DNA of 56,742 bases, filler included, from Basidioascus undulatus (taxonomy: Eukaryota), in NCBI GenBank assembly GCA_000826855.1. It is 4 parts of 4 records of this genome, joined end to end, with 100 filler letters (N's around TTAATTAATTAA, not from the genome) between each part and the next. Parts side by side here need not be neighbours in the genome. Positions count along the whole stretch, not along the records: positions 43,206 to 56,742 come from JTLS01000805.1; 3 more parts are not named here. One strand, given 5' to 3'. Below are positions 50,681 to 56,742 of this stretch, one piece after another (the first letter of the stretch is position 1; each line of letters opens with the position of its first letter). The notes under the pieces are model-generated. The model had not been told where the DNA came from and made no database searches. It saw only the letters and a list, made by a program, of their open reading frames with translations. The translations under genes were made by a program, and so were the position numbers.

Positions 50681-50910
50681 CCACTTGCTCGTAGCTATTT
50701 GTGAACTTGAAAAGGGTGTGTTGTGTTTGCTGAGAGCAATTGCTCAGTGTTGGGCAGAGTGCATCGGAGTTGCGCCTCTGCAAGTACTCGCGCAACTTTT
50801 AGCCGTTTGACGTTCCGCCGTTACACATCGTATTTGTGGTATAAATGCCGCAGGTTAATTGCAATTATGAGGAAAATTTTCAACGAGATATGTGTTCTAG
50901 AAGGTGTAGG

Positions 50911-51442
50911 CTCGACGGGACCGCCCGCTTCCCGCCACTGAGCTTCTTAACCTCGCATCCGAGATCCTCATCGCTCAACACCAAGCAGCTGAGGAGGACG
51001 TGTCAGCTGGTGGCTCGATACATGCCGACGGTGTGAACGACGTGGAGACGATCCTCTGCTGCATTGAGCCGGTGTCCTACAAGGAAGTTTGCAAGGAGGA
51101 CACGGACGACCCGAGTAAGCACCATACTCTTCAAACCCCCGTGGAAGCAATCGGGTCCTTACGTCCATGGTACCTACTCCCGCCTTCGTCACGCAGACGG
51201 AGAGGAAGATCTTTGCTCAAGCCGTCAACCTCAACACGCGCCTCGGCGAGCTGCTGCAGCTTGGATCTTTTTCGAAGGCCCCCTACGTGCTCCCCAAGGC
51301 CGTCCAGCACCATCGCCAATCGCGGCCAGCGGACATGACTGCGGCCGACCGTGCCAAGGAGGATACACTGCTAGACTTGTTGGTTATTCTGAGTGGAAAC
51401 CACCATCGGGCGGACCTCTTCAAATTGGTGACTGAATCATAA
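50911..51442 (+). pseudogene. Copy 2 of a tandem-duplicated unknown gene (1-nt deletion near 50933)
   Basis: LDGTARFP/ATELLNLASEIL..DVETILCCIEPV..RLGELLQLGSFSKAPYVLPKAVQ..LLDLLVILSGNHHRA..LVTES*. Intron donor at the equivalent position (GTAAGC 51115 vs GTAAGT 50341). Confidence 0.65.
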
Positions 51443-54400
51443 CTGGGTAAAAAGTGCATGAACGCCCAAACAATAATGTAACAATGCTGGAAGTGACTGC
51501 AATACGCGGAGCTCGCTCAGGGGCATGGGCGATGCGCCTCTGTGGGTAGTGAAGTTATGTCCCGCCATTTAATTGACGGTCAGCCAATGTCCAGCTGGCC
51601 GGTAGCAAAGGTACCTATGTAGTTTTAAGCACGAAAGTTGGAGATGAGCAACATTGTAGCTGACATGGATGTGAAGGTACATTGGAAGGCCACACGGTGT
51701 TTGGCATCCTTGAAAGTAATAAGCGAGAACACACCTGAGACGCGAACTGAGGCAACCACATTTCTCTACACCTTCTCGCGTGGCAGTTGCACTCTTCCGT
51801 CAGTCTCTGTTGCGTGCTTCTTCCCCAAGCCAAGTGGTTCGCTTCGAGATGGCTTTTGAGTACTTCAAAGTGGCAGGACCAAATGAGACCACACACGTCC
51901 TTGCATCGTCCTTACATTCTGAAGGCTAATAGACATGGCAGGATTTCACCAGGGAACCACCGAGAGAAAGCTGGCTGTTGAGTAAATTGGAACACAGCAT
52001 CTGGTAAATTTTTCAAAGTACAAGCAGCGCATCCTCTACATTACGAAGCAAGCAAACCACCGGTGCAAAGACACAGACTGTACACACACTCATTGGCGGC
52101 AGGACGGTGCTGATGTACTTCTCCTCCTTACTTCCGACGCTCCTCTGCAAAAGGTCGATACTGTAAAACCGTTTCCGCATCTATTGGGCAAGGAATTATG
52201 GAACTAAAGGGGTTTTAAGAGGGTTATAGTCTTCCGGTTAGACAACAGCTAGCGCTTTCCTTCCGTTTGCTGCCCGTTCTCACTGCGCCTTTACCTCCCT
52301 GTTCGGATTCCCTACCCACAACCTCCTGAAGGCCCCCAATTCTCATGAGCTGAACCTAAGCATATGTGGGAGCATTGTAGGAGACCGTGGAACAGAAAAG
52401 GAGTAAGTGAGAAGGAGAGCAGTATTGACGTCCGTCTGTTTCAGCTCACTGTCGGTAGTTCCAATCGCTCTCGTGTGAATCTATCCACCCACACTGAGAC
52501 ATCCTCAACCTGAAATTGAACTTGAACTCCATATGCAGAATGCCTGTAAAGCTTGCCTACCTGGGTCGCCAGCATGGTTACCGAGGTTCTCGCTGGTAGT
52601 GCCCGGACTCACCCGCTTCCCTTGGGAACAGCCACAGTTTTGGGGGGGGTCTACCTTCCTTTAGTCATCCTCAAAGCTCATTCTTTCCCCAGCCTCATTA
52701 CAGGCAGGCTCCAGCACAGGTCTCCATGTCGGCCCTCAGCAGCGGCATCGGAGGGGCCGAAAGCAAGCATAATAAGGACAACAAAGGACAACATGCTGCC
52801 TTGTTGGGTTATTTAGCCTCATCAGATAAACCTTCATTCCCTATGTCCTTTCACATGCAGGAGGCTCCCGCAGGGAGTTCAGTGTGCCAGCCTTTGGGAG
52901 CGAGAGTGCTCCGCAGAAGAGGAATTGTATGATGTATTGGAATTGGAATGTAAACCCGTTGCGTACACTTTCCGGGCAGTTCCCCCTCCGGGCCTACCAC
53001 TCGTATGTAATACCGCAGGGTATCAAGTACGGTACATTGCTCTGCACCGACTACATTAGAGTCCCATCAATCGTGTTTATTGAGTCGTACGGGCTGCCGG
53101 CGAAAGCGCGCCTGGGCATGTGCATGTGCCGCGAGGAAGAGTGGTGGCGGACACGCCGCAGGGACAATCGACGATGCGGGAGCTGGGATTGCCGTGTCGG
53201 AACAAGCTACGGGGGCGGACATATCGGGAGCATCGCAGATCACTGCGTGGAAACGAACAAGCAAATGAGCTCTAATTTCCCGAATATATGTAAAAAGCGA
53301 CGTTCGTAGCTAAACGACGGACCCGGCTCTTTCATCGAATGCTCGCCGTGCCAGCACCCCGTTTCCTGGAGCCGTTCGGCTCGACCATTGCAAAGGTCTG
53401 CCCATATGTGATTACTTCAGCCAAGAGAACTCTCTCCAGCGTGCACTGCAAATGGTTGAGCATGCTCACCCAGTCTCATCTCATACAAGCCGTGATAGAA
53501 GCGGTCGAACCTGTCATTAAACGTGCTGAGCGCCCCCGGGCTGAAGCAAGTCACTTGAGAAGGAAGAGCGGACCATACAGTCCCAAGATGGCTTCCAGGA
53601 GCTCATTCATTCTCCCCCTCTCCCAATCCGCCGAAGCGCGATCACGTTTGGCGCACAGATTCGGCTGTGGCGCCATAGAGCTGATGAAGTGATACAGCTG
53701 TTCATCGCGCTCGGTTCAGACGCCCTGGAACTGGTCATTCGTGCGAACTTGGTTGAAGATAAATTCAGGACTGGTGCCAAGGCGTGCGAGGTGGCTGTCA
53801 AGCGGCGAGTGCCCAGCGAAATCCAAACCCGCACCCGAGACACGCCAGGTGCTCCGATGGCTTTCTGACTTAAAAAACAACAATAATGAGACGGTGTCTA
53901 AAAAAGTGGAAGACTGTTGAGTCCCAAGCGTGTCTACCATCGTTGCGAGCACCTGCTTTGATCCATACACCCCAGTCTACCAGACTCCTAAGAATTACGA
54001 AGGCCTCAGTGGATCCGGCTGGTAGGGAACTCGGTGAACCTCCTGTATGAGGCGCTCTGGCCACTCATCCAAAGCAGCATCTAGGAGCGAGGCTGCGATA
54101 TTCGTACGGCGCTGGCTCGTCTTCGAGTGTTCCTCCGCGGCATTGCATTACAGTAAGGACGGTGTGGGCCTCTTGATGTCGAGGCTGGATGTAATGTGTT
54201 GGAAACTACCATTTCTTCATCTGCTGAGAACCGAACCAGGGTTTGCGTACGCTACGCCACAGCCGGGCTAGCACAACGCTGGCAACCAAGCTGCACGCTT
54301 CGCGGTTTGCGATCGCTGCAAGCTGTATGTGTGTCTGTGTGTGAGGACATCGGACGATGGGCCACGGTTGCCGGACAGGATTGCTTGAGCAGCCATAAGG

Positions 54401-56440
54401 GAGACGTCAGCTCTGTGGTGGCTGAGGTTTTGCTGTGGGTGTGACGAGAGTCACTAAGCTAGATTGTGCACGTCGATTCAGGATATGACATATCCCGAAA
54501 TGACTGCTTCCAACTCGAACGATCCGCCGGCGTCGCGAGCCTGGAGGCACTCGGTCGGCGGATAGCTACTCAGACTCGGAACACCTGACACTCGTTCAGA
54601 GGAACAAGGAGGACGAACGGAGTGATATGTGGACTCTTCAAGGCTCCCCCTGCTGGCTGGATGTGGATCCTCTAACACACCTGACTGTTATGGGATTCAG
54701 GCTTCCCAAGGCTTCCCGACAGACGCACATTCCTCACGGAGTTGTGAACAGCGCACCTGTATCCTCCTCCCGCAGACCCGATGCCGCTAGCGTTGGACCC
54801 GGAATGCTGCGGGGACCCCCCAACGTACACTGCGTAGTCACCCGAACATTGCAGTCGCCCGTCAGCCTCTGGGAGCAGTGGTATTCTGTGCATTGCTGAA
54901 TTTCCTCTTTATCGCGGCTGGCGGGATGATCACAACTTGGAGGAACTGTGCTCCGGAAGGCGGTTGAAATGCTGAGAAGCATCGGTTGAGACGTGCTGTT
55001 GATCACACTGGGGGTCTCATGTTTCGGATAGTTTCTCAAAGAAAATTTGTGGAGCGGGAATTACTAAATCCTTCGTACCAGGTGTAGACAAGGACGTACA
55101 CGGGAGTCCAGTTTCTTAGGTGGCGCTGTACCATCCACTCACCAAGCCACTAAGTCAATGCAGAACTGAAAAGTTTGTTTACGGGTTTACTAATGTTTAG
55201 CTTCACCATATATCGTTTGTGCTACTTGAAAGCCGCTCTTTGCTTGAGTCCAATCACAAACACCAGGATTGCCCGTCCCGATGCCCCGCCAATACCTGAA
55301 ATCAATACTTGTACCGTTACGCCGAGATGTTCGAGCGAAGCAAGGCGGCAAACCTCCGGAATGACGTTCCACCTCTCCGCGTTTTAGGGGAGAGGGGGGG
55401 AGGAGGGGGGCGGACTGACTGGGTTTATGGGTGAGACAGGGAAAGGCGGAAGCCGAAAGGCGGAAGGCGAGGAAGCGGCAAGGGCAGGGCAGGAGAGGGA
55501 GGGCAGTCTGAAACAAGACTGCGAGGCCGTGGGAATGAGATGTCGACGCGCTTCGGGTTGGAAGAGGCTGGCAGGTTCTGAATAGTTTTTTTTAGGTTTC
55601 TTTGAATCAAATCTGTAAAACATAACGAAGTTAAATGGAACAACTGTGCAGAGTAGGTCGGAGGTGCGGGGTGCTTGCCAGGCGGCTGAGCGAGGTGCTC
55701 GATGCGTACCGAACCCGGTTATTCTCCAAACGAAGGTGAAGGGTGTTGTTCTTTCTAATTGTATCTTATGACACCTTCAAAAAGCAAGAGAGTGTCGATA
55801 GGGGAGGCTGTGAACCCTCCATGCGTCTCTGGGACGGGAAGGCTGCCTCGCCCGGACAAGTCTCACTCGAAAGTTGTTCAACTAGGCTCACCTGCGAAGA
55901 AGGGTTAGATGCATTGTATATACACCAGAGGAGTAGAAGGTCAGTGGACGTGCCGGGCGAACCGTTGTTTCTTTCACAATCGACGAGAGCAAGAACGGAC
56001 AGCTCTCTGTTACCGCGAAAAGCCTCACTATATTCAAAGTTCCGTTTTGTGAACTGAACTTGACTGATCAACAAATCTTGTCGTCAAGACGCAATTCGCG
56101 CTGTGGTTCCCAACGCCCGGCTGCGATCTTGCTGCGGAGAACCGCATCGCTGTGAGAACTTACATCGTCCAAACGCATCACGTTTTCCATTGAGTATGGA
56201 GGTATGGAGTTGCCGACACATAGTATGTTCATCCTGAACGCCCTTCCGTATTCATAGTAATCTGCGTGCCCAACGTTCTTCACACACGACTCTCGATCAC
56301 CCTATGCCTTCACCGTGTCTTTCGTTCATCACGACCAATAATCCATTCACGCCTCTTCGTCCATCGACTACCTCCCCCACTCCCCCTCCACCTCCTTTCC
56401 CTCTCCCCCCAGCGCCTCCCCATTCCCATTTACGTCAGTC

Positions 56441-56742
56441 TCAGTCCGATTCACCCCTCCCATTCACCCCCTTCCCTGCTAACCCTGATTCCTCCACTTC
56501 ACCCCCCGCAGCAGAGGCGGCAGCAGCAGGCCGCTTCCGCTCGCGCTGGCGCGCCTTCTTATTCTTGGCTTTTGGCGAGGTGGGGGAGGTGGGTGAGGGA
56601 AGATCAGACGTTTCGGGGACGGGTGCGGGTGCGGGTGCGGGCTCGGGCTCGAGGGAAGGTGAGGGGTAGGAGAGAGTGGACGGGGAGAATGTGAGGAACA
56701 TTGGATGGGTGATTGGAAATGGATGAAGAGAGGGTGTGGAAA
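56441..56742 (-). CDS. Fragment of a Pro/Lys-rich low-complexity hypothetical protein at the contig end
   Basis: EPEPAPAPAPVPETSDLPSPTSPTSPKAKNKKARQRERKR (NLS-like). Exon boundaries unclear. Confidence 0.4.
   Translation of the reverse strand, partial: STPSLHPFPITHPMFLTFSPSTLSYPSPSLEPEPAPAPAPVPETSDLPSPTSPTSPKAKNKKARQRERKRPAAAASAAGGEVEESGLAGKGVNGRGESD

Noticed and set aside
1..56742. TPP riboswitch, hammerhead ribozyme, tRNA/rRNA, TGA-CTA readthrough to a cryptic PTS1
   Set aside because: By-eye checks of CTGAGA, CTGANGA and stop-codon contexts found no complete motif. An Infernal/tRNAscan search would be needed to exclude them formally.

Overview
Intron-dense, GC-rich fungal genomic DNA, most likely a basidiomycete yeast (Microbotryomycetes/Rhodotorula-Leucosporidium-like: short introns, GTGCGT/GTACGT donors, CTGAC branch sites). 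The window is not one contiguous locus. Three identical 100-nt artificial linkers (44N-TTAATTAATTAA-44N) join four separate contigs, so adjacency across linkers is not biological evidence. Recognisable spliced genes: C-terminal half of a Cdc15/SepH kinase, eEF2, an SPFH/band-7 protein, a HAD glycerol-3-phosphate/2-deoxyglucose-6-phosphate phosphatase, an MDR enoyl-reductase-like gene, MED8, a peroxisomal ACAD10/11-type acyl-CoA dehydrogenase, a BBE-like FAD oxidase, cyclophilin H, RPC17, a Ctr copper transporter, two tandem coiled-coil genes, ATG18, an alpha/beta hydrolase, a frameshifted 4-TM protein and a secreted thaumatin-like protein. There is also a degenerate MULE transposase relic and a tandem pseudogene pair. 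The best leads are splicing oddities at catalytic motifs: a GA-AG intron needed to build the HAD DxDGT motif, a 3-nt microexon in cyclophilin H, and a structured eEF2 5'-UTR intron. The vault-like architecture of the SPFH protein is a further lead. Exon structures were reconstructed by eye; no database search was run.
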